Positions 9,539 to 17,962 of a stretch of DNA of 64,000 nucleotides are shown piece by piece; within the stretch, counting starts at the first letter, position 1; each line of letters begins with the position of its first letter. Below the pieces are notes generated by a model. It did not search any database. It saw only the letters and a list, made by a program, of their open reading frames with translations, and was not told where the DNA came from. The stretch is from contig DASYQW010000371.1 of assembly GCA_036005065.1 (NCBI GenBank), positions 13 to 64,012 of the forward strand, read 5' to 3'. The stretch is from Candidatus Methylomirabilota bacterium. GTDB lineage: Bacteria; Methylomirabilota; Methylomirabilia; Rokubacteriales; DASRDR01. The position numbers and the translations under genes are program-made.

Positions 9539-11056
9539 ATGAGGCGCGTCGACGAGCGAGCGCGGCGCCTCCTCCTGGCGGTCGGCGCCGGGGTGGTGCT
9601 GCACCTCGCCTATCCGCGGCCCGGCTGGGACCTCATCGGCTGGGTCGGGCTCGCGCCCGTGCTCTGGCTCGCCGCCACCGCCCGCTCACCGGGCCGGGCG
9701 TTCGTCGAGGCTGGGCTCGCCGGCCTCGCCTTCTTCGTCCCGCTGCTACGCTGGCTGATCCACACGATGACGACCTACTCCACGCTGCCCCGGCCGGTCG
9801 CGGCGCTCGTCCTCGTCGCGCTGTCAGCCTACCTGGCCCTCTACTGGGGCGGCGTCGCCTGGGCGGTGGCCTGGCTGCGGGCGACGCTGGGTCCGGCCGC
9901 CCTGTGGCTCGCGCCGGCATTCTGGGTGGCCGGCGAGCTCGCCCGCACGCATCTGCTCTCCGGCTTTCCGTGGGGCCTCCTCGGCTACATCCCCTATCGC
10001 CGGCTCGAGCTGATCCAGGTCGCCGCCTGGACGGGAGTCTACGGGGTCTCGGGTCTGATGGTCCTCGTCAACACCGCGCTGGCGTGGTTCCTGCTCGCGC
10101 GCACCCGTCAGGCGATGGCCCTCGGCGCGGCCGTGATCCTGGTGGTTCTCGGCGGCACCCTCGCGGTCGGCCGGGCCAGCGTCCCCCCGGCCGGCTCCGA
10201 CACGATACCCGTCGCCATCATCCAGGGCAACATCGACCAGTCGATCAAGTGGAACCGGGCCTACCAGCAGGAGACCCTGCGCATCTACGCCGAGCTGACG
10301 CGGCGCGCGGCCCCCGGGATGCGGCTCGTCGTGTGGCCGGAGGCGGCGGTGCCGGCCTACCTCCTCTACGAGCCCTGGGTCCTGGGGTGGCTCACCGACC
10401 TGGCCGGCGAAGTCCGGGCGCCCCTCCTCGTCGGCGCGCCGGACGCCCGGCGCGAGGGCCGCGCCACGCGCTACCTCAACAGCGCGTTTTTCGTGGGACA
10501 GGCGGGGGTTCAGGCCCGCTATGATAAAATGCAACTCGTGCCCTTCGGGGAGTATGTCCCCCTGAAGGGACTGCTGTTTTTCGTGGAGGCGATTGCGGCC
10601 GAGATCGGCGACTTCACGCCGGGCCGGGAGCGCGTGATCTTCCCCCTCCAGGGGACGCCGTTCGGGGCGGTGATCTGCTATGAGGTCATCTTCCCCGATC
10701 TCTTCCGCCAGTTCGTCGTCGAGGGCGCGAGCTTCATGGTGAACATCACGAACGATGCGTGGTTCGGGGACTCCGGCGGGCCGCTCCAGCACCTGGCCAT
10801 GGTACCCCTCCGCGCGGTCGAGAACGGCGTCGCCATCGTCCGAGCGGCGAACACCGGGGTCTCCACGCTGGTCGCCCCCTCGGGTCGAATCGGTCCCGAG
10901 CTCGGCCTCTTCCGCCGGGGGTTCCTGCAGGTCGAGGTCCCTCGGCGGGCGGGTGAGACCTTCTACACGCGCGCGGGCAACCTCTTCGCCTACCTGATGA
11001 GCGCGCTGGCGGCAGCCGCCCTCCTCGGCCGGCTCGGCGCCGCCCGGGTCCGCTAG
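9539..11056 (+). CDS. lnt: Apolipoprotein N-acyltransferase
   Basis: Multi-TM N-terminal domain plus a C-N hydrolase domain (CYEVIFPDLFRQF); 505 aa. Confidence 0.85.
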   Translation: MRRVDERARRLLLAVGAGVVLHLAYPRPGWDLIGWVGLAPVLWLAATARSPGRAFVEAGLAGLAFFVPLLRWLIHTMTTYSTLPRPVAALVLVALSAYLALYWGGVAWAVAWLRATLGPAALWLAPAFWVAGELARTHLLSGFPWGLLGYIPYRRLELIQVAAWTGVYGVSGLMVLVNTALAWFLLARTRQAMALGAAVILVVLGGTLAVGRASVPPAGSDTIPVAIIQGNIDQSIKWNRAYQQETLRIYAELTRRAAPGMRLVVWPEAAVPAYLLYEPWVLGWLTDLAGEVRAPLLVGAPDARREGRATRYLNSAFFVGQAGVQARYDKMQLVPFGEYVPLKGLLFFVEAIAAEIGDFTPGRERVIFPLQGTPFGAVICYEVIFPDLFRQFVVEGASFMVNITNDAWFGDSGGPLQHLAMVPLRAVENGVAIVRAANTGVSTLVAPSGRIGPELGLFRRGFLQVEVPRRAGETFYTRAGNLFAYLMSALAAAALLGRLGAARVR

Positions 11057-12151
11057 TGCTGAACGAGCTCAGACGGGACTTCGCCGAGCTCGAGCGACGG
11101 CTCGACGACCTCCGGGGGCATCTTTGACCTCCCGGCCAAGGAAACCCGCCTCGCCGCGATCGAGGCCGAGATGGGTGCCCCGGCGTTCTGGGACGACGCC
11201 AAGCGGGCCCAGGGACTCATCCGCGAACGCAACGAGCTGAGCCGGCTGGTCGGCCGGGCCGGCGAGCTCCAGCACCAGCTCGGCGAGCTGCGCCTCCTCT
11301 GGGAGATGGCCACCGAGGAGGCGGACGAGAGCCTCGAGCCCGAGATCCAGGACGGCCTCCGGCGCCTCCAGCAGGAGCTCCGGGAGTTCGAGCTGACGGT
11401 CGTCCTGTCCGGAGAGCACGACCGAAAGGCCGCCATCGTCTCCATCCACGCCGGCGCCGGCGGCACCGAGTCGCAGGACTGGGCCCAGATGCTGCTGCGG
11501 ATGTACACGCGCTGGGCCGAGCGGCGCGGCTACAAGGTGGAAGTCGTGGACCTGCTCCCGGGGGACGAGGCCGGGATCAAGTCGGTGACCCTCACCGTGA
11601 GCGGCGAGTACGCCTACGGCTACCTCAAGGGGGAGACCGGCGTCCACCGGCTGGTGCGCATCTCGCCGTTCGACGCCGCGCGCCGCCGCCACACCTCCTT
11701 CGCCTCCGTCTCCGTCATCCCCGAGGTCGAGGACGTCGAGGTGGTGGTCCGCGACGAGGACCTCAGGATCGACGTCTTCCGCTCGTCGGGCCCCGGGGGC
11801 CAGGGGGTCAACACCGCCGACTCCGCGGTCCGCGTCACGCATCTGCCCACCGGAATCGTCGTCTCGTGTCAGAACGAGCGCTCCCAGCTCCGGAACCGCG
11901 ATACCGCGCTCCGCGTCCTGCGGGCCCGCCTCTACCAGCTCGCGGACCAGGAGCGCAAGGCGGAGCTCGAGCGTCTCACCGGCGAGAAGAAGGACATCGC
12001 CTTCGGGAGCCAGATCCGGTCGTACATCTTCGCGCCCTACCAGCTCATCAAGGATCACCGCACCAGCGTCGAGATCGGGAACGTGGAGGCCGTGATGGAC
12101 GGGGAGATCGACCCGTTCATCGAGTCCTATCTGTTCGCCGCGGCGAAGTAG
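11056..12151 (+). CDS. prfB: Peptide chain release factor 2, requiring a programmed +1 ribosomal frameshift (frame 0 is 11056..11124, then frame +1 is 11126..12151)
   Basis: Frame 0 starts at a GTG overlapping the lnt stop and encodes VLNELRRDFAELERRLDDLRGHL, then reaches the CUU UGA C shift site at 11122-11128. This is preceded by the SD-like GGGGG at 11114-11118. The +1 frame continues DLPAKETRLAAIEAEM... into the RF2 body, which carries the SPF motif (RISPFDAARRRHTSF) and the GGQ motif (SGPGGQGVN). Confidence 0.9.
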
Positions 12152-12153
12152 CG

Positions 12154-13671
12154 GTGGCTGAGCACGAGCTGATCCGCCGGCGCCTGGCCAAGCTCGAAGC
12201 CCTCCGGGCGGCCGGCATCGATCCCTTCGGGACACGATACCCGGTCTCGCACTGGGCGGCCCCCCTCCACGCCCGCTGGGACCAGGCGAGCGACGAGGAG
12301 CTCCGGGGCGCGGGGCCCGTCAGCGTCGCGGGTCGCCTGATGGCGCTCCGGCACCACGGGAAGTCGTGCTTCGCGACCCTTCAGGACGGGAGCGGGCCGA
12401 TCCAGCTCTATGCCCGGGCGGACCTTCTGGGCAGCGAGTACGCCCGCTTCATCGAGCTCGACGTGGCCGACTTCGTCGGCGTCACCGGCGAACTCTTCCG
12501 CACGCGCACGGGCGAGCTCACCGTCCAGGTCAAGGCGTGGACCTTCCTCACCAAGTCGCTCCGACCGCTGCCCGAGAAGTGGCACGGGCTCAAGGACGTG
12601 GAGACCCGGCACCGACAGCGGTACGTGGACCTCCTGGTGAACCCCGAAGTGCGGGAGGCCTTTCGGCTGCGGACGCGTGTGATCCAGGCCATCCGGGCGT
12701 TCCTCGACGCCCGCGGCTTCCTCGAGGTCGAGACCCCGACGATGCAGTCGATTCCGGGGGGTGCGGCCGCCCGGCCGTTCGCGACCTACCACAACGCGCT
12801 CGACCTGCCGCTCTACCTCCGGATCGCGCTCGAGCTCCACCTCAAGCGGCTGGTCGTCGGCGGGCTCGACCGGGTCTACGAAATCGGCCGGATCTTCCGG
12901 AACGAGGGCGTCTCGACCGAGCACAACCCCGAGTTCACGATGCTGGAGTTCTATCAGGCTTACGCCGACTACCGCGACCTCATGGAGCTGACCGAAGCGC
13001 TCTTCGTCGAGCTCGCCCGGACGCTCCGGGGGTCGACCAGCATCACCTACCAGGGCGACACCATCGACCTCACCCCGCCCTGGCGCCGGCTCAGCTACCT
13101 CGACGGGGTCGCCGGTGTCCTCGGCCTCGATCCGCCGGCCCTGGCGGATCGCGACCTGATCGTGCGACGGGCGGCCGAGGTGGCCCGGACGCGGGGAGTG
13201 GAGCCCGAGGGCTGGGGCTGGGACGGCGCCACCCCGGCCTACCAGTTGTGGAAGGACGTCTTCGAGACGTTCGTCGAGCCCGACCTGGTGCAGCCGACGT
13301 TCGTGGTGGATTTCCCGGTGGAGCTGTCCCCCCTCGCCAAGCAGAAGCGCGAGGACCCGTCGCTGGTCGATCGGTTCGAGCTGTCCATCGGCCGGCTCGA
13401 GCTGGCCAACGCGTACTCGGAGCTCAACGATCCCATCGAGCAGCGGCGGCGCTTCGAGGCGCAGCTCCTGGCGCGGGAGGCGGGTGACGAGGAGGCCCAT
13501 CGGCTCGACGAGGACTTCGTCCGGGCGCTCGAGTACGGGCTCCCGCCGACCGCCGGGGAAGGCATCGGGATCGACCGGCTGGTGATGCTGTTCGCCGATC
13601 GCGCCTCGATCCGCGAGGTGATCCTCTTCCCGCTCCTGCGTCCGGAGACCGGGGGCGAGGCGGAGGGCTGA
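12154..13671 (+). CDS. lysS: Lysyl-tRNA synthetase (class II)
   Basis: GTG start directly after the prfB stop. There is an OB anticodon-binding domain, and class II motifs (FRNEG, ...GGAAARPF, ...ELANAYSELNDP). Confidence 0.9.
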   Translation: MAEHELIRRRLAKLEALRAAGIDPFGTRYPVSHWAAPLHARWDQASDEELRGAGPVSVAGRLMALRHHGKSCFATLQDGSGPIQLYARADLLGSEYARFIELDVADFVGVTGELFRTRTGELTVQVKAWTFLTKSLRPLPEKWHGLKDVETRHRQRYVDLLVNPEVREAFRLRTRVIQAIRAFLDARGFLEVETPTMQSIPGGAAARPFATYHNALDLPLYLRIALELHLKRLVVGGLDRVYEIGRIFRNEGVSTEHNPEFTMLEFYQAYADYRDLMELTEALFVELARTLRGSTSITYQGDTIDLTPPWRRLSYLDGVAGVLGLDPPALADRDLIVRRAAEVARTRGVEPEGWGWDGATPAYQLWKDVFETFVEPDLVQPTFVVDFPVELSPLAKQKREDPSLVDRFELSIGRLELANAYSELNDPIEQRRRFEAQLLAREAGDEEAHRLDEDFVRALEYGLPPTAGEGIGIDRLVMLFADRASIREVILFPLLRPETGGEAEG

Positions 13672-13722
13672 TGGGCCGGCCCGGGACGGTCCCGTCGCGC
13701 CGCGTCGTGTGAAGGTCGCCCA

Positions 13723-14952
13723 GTGAGCGGGCGCGCGCTCCCCTTCGAGCTCTTCATCGGGCTCCGGTATCTCCGCTCCAAGGGCCGACGCGGCTTCCTG
13801 TCGCTCCTCACCGTGATCGCGATGGCCGGGATGGCGCTCGGGGTCATGACGCTGATCGTGGTGCTCGGTGTGATGTCGGGGGCCGAGGAGGAGCTCCGGG
13901 AGAAGATCGTGGGGACGACGGCTCACCTCCTCGTGATGGACGCGGCCGGGCAGGGGATCGAGGACGTGGGGCACGCCCTCGAGGTGATCCGCCGGCACCC
14001 CGAGGTGCGCTCGGCGTCCCCGTTCGTCCTGCAGCAGGCGATGCTCTCCCACGAGCAGGCGGCCACCGGAGTCGTCCTGCGGGGGATCGACCCCGAGGCG
14101 GGGGCCATCGAGCTCCCGCGTCGGGTGAGGCAAGGAAACCTCGCCGACCTGGCCGGCCCCGAGCCCGGGATCGCCCTCGGCCGCGAGCTGGCGCGGAACC
14201 TCGGCGCCTCCGTCGGCAGCACGGTGACCGCGATCTCCCCCAAGGGCGCGGTGACGGCGGTCGGCACCATCCCCAAGATGCGGCCGTTCCGCGTCGTCGC
14301 CATCTTCGAGGTCGGGCTCTACGAATACGACTCGGCGCTCGCCTACACCTCGCTCCAGACCGGGCAGCAGTTCGCCGACCTCGGCAGCCGCGTCTCGGGG
14401 ATCGAGGTCCGGGTGGCGGACCCGTACCGCGCGCGGCGGGTCGCCCTGGACATCGCCAAGACCCTCGGCTTCCCGTACTGGACGCGCGACTGGATGGACA
14501 TGAACCGCAACCTCTTCTCGGCCATCCAGCTCGAGAAGACCGCCATGTTCATCATCCTGACGCTGATCGTGTTCGTGGCGGCGTTCGCCATCATCAGCCA
14601 CCTCATCCTGATGGTGGCCGAGAAGCGGCGGGAGATCGGCGTGTTGCGAGCCCTGGGAGCGGGCGCCCGAAGCGTCATGCTGATCTTCATGGCCGAGGGA
14701 GTCTTCATCGGGGCCGTCGGCACCCTGGTGGGGGTCGTGCTGGGGGTCGCCATCGGCTGGATCCAGGAGACCTACCACATCGTGAAGATCCCCGGAGACG
14801 TCTACCAGCTCTCCGTCCTGCCGATGCGGATGAACCCGCGGGACATGGTCGTGATCGCCCTCTCGGCGCTGATCCTGTCGTTCCTGGCCACGCTCTACCC
14901 CTCCCGCCAGGCGGCCCGGCTCGATCCGGTCGAGGTGATCCGCTATGAGTGA
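13723..14952 (+). CDS. lolC: Lipoprotein-releasing system permease, LolC/E (FtsX-like) family
   Basis: N-terminal TM helix followed by a large periplasmic loop and three C-terminal TM helices (FtsX fold); adjacent to an ABC ATPase. Confidence 0.8.
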   Translation: MSGRALPFELFIGLRYLRSKGRRGFLSLLTVIAMAGMALGVMTLIVVLGVMSGAEEELREKIVGTTAHLLVMDAAGQGIEDVGHALEVIRRHPEVRSASPFVLQQAMLSHEQAATGVVLRGIDPEAGAIELPRRVRQGNLADLAGPEPGIALGRELARNLGASVGSTVTAISPKGAVTAVGTIPKMRPFRVVAIFEVGLYEYDSALAYTSLQTGQQFADLGSRVSGIEVRVADPYRARRVALDIAKTLGFPYWTRDWMDMNRNLFSAIQLEKTAMFIILTLIVFVAAFAIISHLILMVAEKRREIGVLRALGAGARSVMLIFMAEGVFIGAVGTLVGVVLGVAIGWIQETYHIVKIPGDVYQLSVLPMRMNPRDMVVIALSALILSFLATLYPSRQAARLDPVEVIRYE

Positions 14953-15640
14953 GGCGCCGCGCCCGCCGCTCGTCGTCGCCGAGGGCCTGGAGAAGGAGTT
15001 CCGCACCGGCGCCGAGGCGCTGCGGGTCCTCAAGGGCGTCACCCTGACCGTCTACCAGGGGGAATTCCTCGCCATCGTCGGCGCCTCGGGAGTCGGGAAG
15101 TCCACGCTCCTCCACCTGCTGGGCGCCCTCGACCGGCCCACGGCGGGGCGCGTCCTCGTCCGCGGCGTCGATCTCTTCGCCCGCTCGGACGTCGAGCTCA
15201 CCCGCTTCCGCCGCGACGAGGTCGGCTTCGTCTTCCAGCTCTACAATCTGCTGGCGGAGTTCTCGGCGCTCGAGAATGCCATGCTGCCCGCGCTCATCCA
15301 GCGGCGAAGCGCGGCCGAGGCGCGGCAGCTCGCCCTCGATGCCCTGCGCGAGGTGGGCCTGACCGAGCGCGTGGAGCATCGCCCGAACGAGCTGTCCGGC
15401 GGCGAGCAGCAGCGGGTCGCCCTCGCCCGCGCCCTGGTCGCGCGCCCCGCCCTCATCGTGGCCGACGAGCCCACCGGGAACCTCGATCCCAAGACGAGCG
15501 AGGGCGTCTTCGAGCTGTTCGGGCGGCTCCAGGCCGAGCGCGGCGTCACGTTCGTCGTGGCCACGCACAACCTCGAGCTGGCCCGCCGGGCCGACCGCGT
15601 CGTCCGGCTGGTGGATGGCCGGGCGGTCGTCGAGTCTTAA
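14945..15640 (+). CDS. lolD: Lipoprotein-releasing system ATP-binding protein
   Basis: ABC ATPase with Walker A GASGVGKST, signature LSGGEQQR and Walker B; coupled to the LolC/E-type permease. Confidence 0.75.
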   Translation: MSEAPRPPLVVAEGLEKEFRTGAEALRVLKGVTLTVYQGEFLAIVGASGVGKSTLLHLLGALDRPTAGRVLVRGVDLFARSDVELTRFRRDEVGFVFQLYNLLAEFSALENAMLPALIQRRSAAEARQLALDALREVGLTERVEHRPNELSGGEQQRVALARALVARPALIVADEPTGNLDPKTSEGVFELFGRLQAERGVTFVVATHNLELARRADRVVRLVDGRAVVES

Positions 15641-15686
15641 GCCCTACCCGATTCCGGCTCGGGCGTCCGCCGTGGTCGCGGAAGGC

Positions 15687-16199
15687 TCAGGGGCTCAGAA
15701 GATACCCGCTGATCCGGAAGGCCATGAAGCCGATCCCGTCCCCACTGCTGCGGAAGCCGGCGGCGATGACAGCGGTGTTCGCGTTGGCATAGAGTCGAAC
15801 GTTCTGGGTTGCTGCGAACGCTCTCCGGTTACTGAAGATCACGCCCTGGAATGTCAAGGCGAGGATGTGGTCCATGCTCTGGGCGGGGACTCTCAGGCCC
15901 GGGGCAGTGGTCTTGAGCGTCGCCAGCATCTCACCCCGCGGCGTCTGGCCCAACACGGACACCGTCTCGATCACGGCCCGTTTGGTGGCCGGGATGGTGA
16001 AGGACTCCGACTTTTGAGTCTCGCCGGCGCTGAAGTGCACACCCGCCAGCATGTTGAAAGGCTGGCCGGTGTCCGGGTCCTGTGGCAGGATCGCCGCGAC
16101 GGCGAACCGACTCTGCACGAGCGGCGCCAGGGCCGCTCCGGTCGCTCCGAGAACAAGGATGCCGGCTAACGGGAGCAGACACGACTTGAAGTGGCGCAT
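15687..16199 (-). CDS. Hypothetical secreted protein (170 aa)
   Basis: Minus-strand ORF trimmed to the internal Met at 16199. This gives a type I signal peptide (MRHFKSCLLPLAGILVLGATGAALA). No recognisable domain. GC content is visibly lower (~60%) than the surrounding sequence. Confidence 0.5.
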   Translation of the reverse strand: MRHFKSCLLPLAGILVLGATGAALAPLVQSRFAVAAILPQDPDTGQPFNMLAGVHFSAGETQKSESFTIPATKRAVIETVSVLGQTPRGEMLATLKTTAPGLRVPAQSMDHILALTFQGVIFSNRRAFAATQNVRLYANANTAVIAAGFRSSGDGIGFMAFRISGYLLSP

Positions 16200-16243
16200 G
16201 GCCCTCCCTCGGTTTTCCCCGCACGCGGACGTCCTCGGCCATC

Positions 16244-17671
16244 CTACTTCACGGCGGTGAAGAAGATGTCCTGGTTGCCGGGCGTGCCGTCTTGCCACAC
16301 GACGTAGAGCGCGGTCAGCGACCGGCTGAGCGCCACCCACGTCGAGCCCCCCGAAGTGTTGCTCAGGTTGACCGCGTCGCCGAACGTCGCCCCACCGTCC
16401 GAGCTGCGCCGCCAGACGATGTCGTGATCGCCGGCCGTCCGGCGCGCCGGCCAGAGGACGTCCACGACGTTCCCGAACACGGCGACCTGACCCGGATGCG
16501 AGTCGGCGAATCCCGGGCCGAGGCTTCGGGGGGCTTCGAAGGTTGCGCCCCGATCCCGGCTCCTCGCGAAAAGCAGGTCGTTGTAGCCCCCCCGGTAGGC
16601 CAGCCAGACGAGGTGGACGTTCGTGCCGGCGGCGGCGATCTGGTACTGCCAGGAATAGCGGATGCCGCGACTGACGCCTTTCGCCGAGGCGAAAGTCCCG
16701 CCGCTGTTGGTGCTCCGTCGCACCAAAATCTCCGGATTATAGGGAGGATCGTTCCGGGTGTCTTCGCCCCAGGCTACGTAGACGTCCTCGGCGCCCGGCT
16801 GGGGCGCGAGGGCGATCTCGGGGAACGAGGAGAAGGTCTGGTTGCGACTGAGCCGTTGGACGCCGCCGAACGACGCGCCGGCGTTGAGACTGCGCCGGAA
16901 GAAGACGTCGAGGGGTGACGGGTATGGGCTCGACTCGGTCCACGCGACGTAGACGTGATCCCCGTGGGCGGCCAGGCGCGGGAATTGGGTACTGAAGCCG
17001 AGGTTCCTGCTCAGGTTCAGCTGAGGCGCGAATTTCGCGCCGCCGTCGGTGCTCCGCCGGAACAGGATGTCGGCGAACCTCTCCCCGGTGGGCTGGCCCA
17101 GCCAGACGACGTAGACCTTGTGCAGCGCGGCGGCCACGCGGGGGCTGGAGGAGAAGCCGGCATTGTCGCTGAGCTGGACGCGCGGCCCGAAGGTGGCGCC
17201 CTCGTCCGCGCTCGCGCGGAGGTAGACCTCCCCGGTCCCCTCGTTGAACCCCTCATCCCAGGCGACGTACACGTACCGGCCTGACGCCACGATCTGGGGG
17301 AACTCAGAGTCGATGGCGCTGTTGCTGAGGTTGCGCGTCGGCTCGAAGGTGCGGCCGCCGTCCGTACTCCGCGTGAAGAAGATCTCCCGGTTCCCCGGAC
17401 TGCGGTCCATCCAGACGACGTACACCCGGTTCGGGAACGACGAGGCGACCCGCGGTTTCTCCGAGCTGCCCGCGTTGTTGCTCAGGTTGAGGACGAGGCG
17501 ACCGTTGGCGGTCGGACCGGCCGACTCGGGCTCCACCGGGGGTGAATCACCGTGAGGCATCTGGGACGCGCCCCCGAAGGCCGCGAGTCGGAGGAGCGCG
17601 AGTCCGAGCAGCAGCCCCACGACGGCGCCGCCGAAGCGCCGCCACGCGACGCGTCGTCCGACAGGCCTCAC
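16244..17671 (-). CDS. Secreted BNR/Asp-box repeat beta-propeller protein (sialidase-like fold)
   Basis: Seven to eight tandem ~55-aa units, each ending in a ...VYVVW...IFFRRSTDGGxTF Asp-box (SxDxGxTF). The start is GTG at 17671 with SD GAGGGAGGG 6 nt upstream, which gives a signal peptide (VRPVGRRVAWRRFGGAVVGLLLGLALLRLAAFGGASQ). The 955-aa ORF in the track is an artefactual run-on into clpC antisense. Confidence 0.7.
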   Translation of the reverse strand: MRPVGRRVAWRRFGGAVVGLLLGLALLRLAAFGGASQMPHGDSPPVEPESAGPTANGRLVLNLSNNAGSSEKPRVASSFPNRVYVVWMDRSPGNREIFFTRSTDGGRTFEPTRNLSNSAIDSEFPQIVASGRYVYVAWDEGFNEGTGEVYLRASADEGATFGPRVQLSDNAGFSSSPRVAAALHKVYVVWLGQPTGERFADILFRRSTDGGAKFAPQLNLSRNLGFSTQFPRLAAHGDHVYVAWTESSPYPSPLDVFFRRSLNAGASFGGVQRLSRNQTFSSFPEIALAPQPGAEDVYVAWGEDTRNDPPYNPEILVRRSTNSGGTFASAKGVSRGIRYSWQYQIAAAGTNVHLVWLAYRGGYNDLLFARSRDRGATFEAPRSLGPGFADSHPGQVAVFGNVVDVLWPARRTAGDHDIVWRRSSDGGATFGDAVNLSNTSGGSTWVALSRSLTALYVVWQDGTPGNQDIFFTAVK

Positions 17672-17858
17672 GTTGCCCTCCCTCGATCGGCGGACCAGCC
17701 GGGAAAGCCGGCCAGCGCACTGGAAATCCAGACGCGCTCCCGGACGCGCCGAATCGAGGATAAATAAGCACCTCCGGTAGGGCCCGTCAAGGTCCACGAG
17801 CGTCGGCTCGACGCGCGTCGGGAAGAGACGCGCCCCATAAGTCCCGGCCCGCTCGGGC

Positions 17859-17895
17859 ATTTTTTCCGTGAACTTCCGCCGGGCCTCGGGTATCA
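17859..17895 (+). promoter_or_regulatory. Candidate sigma70-type promoter of clpC with an upstream T6 tract
   Basis: TTTTTT(17859-64)-CC-GTGAAC(-35-like)-17 nt-TATCAT(-10, 17890-95). The 5'UTR is about 68 nt long and the SD GGAGGG lies 5 nt before GTG 17963. This is the only T6 run in the region. Confidence 0.35.
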
Positions 17896-17962
17896 TGAGG
17901 ATGTCGGGCAATGTGCGCCCGTGTCCGGTGGGGTCCGGGAGAAAGGGCGCTGGAGGGCGAGC

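Noticed and set aside
10488-10590. AT-rich patch with rare codons (TAT GAT AAA ATG CAA) and two TTTTTCGTGG motifs inside lnt
   Set aside because: It falls within the conserved C-N hydrolase domain and is in frame, with a sensible protein sequence (YDKMQLVPFGEYVP). This is most likely codon-usage noise, not an insertion or regulatory element.
12127-15042. Very long antisense or overlapping ORFs in the six-frame track (for example 12127..15042 at 971 aa, 20370..23090 at 906 aa, 56458..60135 at 1225 aa, and 1436..2710 inside smc)
   Set aside because: They lie opposite or out of frame to strongly supported conserved genes. Their translations are Arg/Ala/Pro/Gly low-complexity, which is typical of stop-poor frames in ~70% GC DNA. 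No conserved motifs were found.
17672-17962. CtsR box or CIRCE (HrcA) operator upstream of clpC
   Set aside because: No GGTCAAA-NAN-GGTCAAA direct repeat and no TTAGCACTC-N9-GAGTGCTAA inverted repeat is present. Only a weak GTCAAGGTCCA resemblance was seen.
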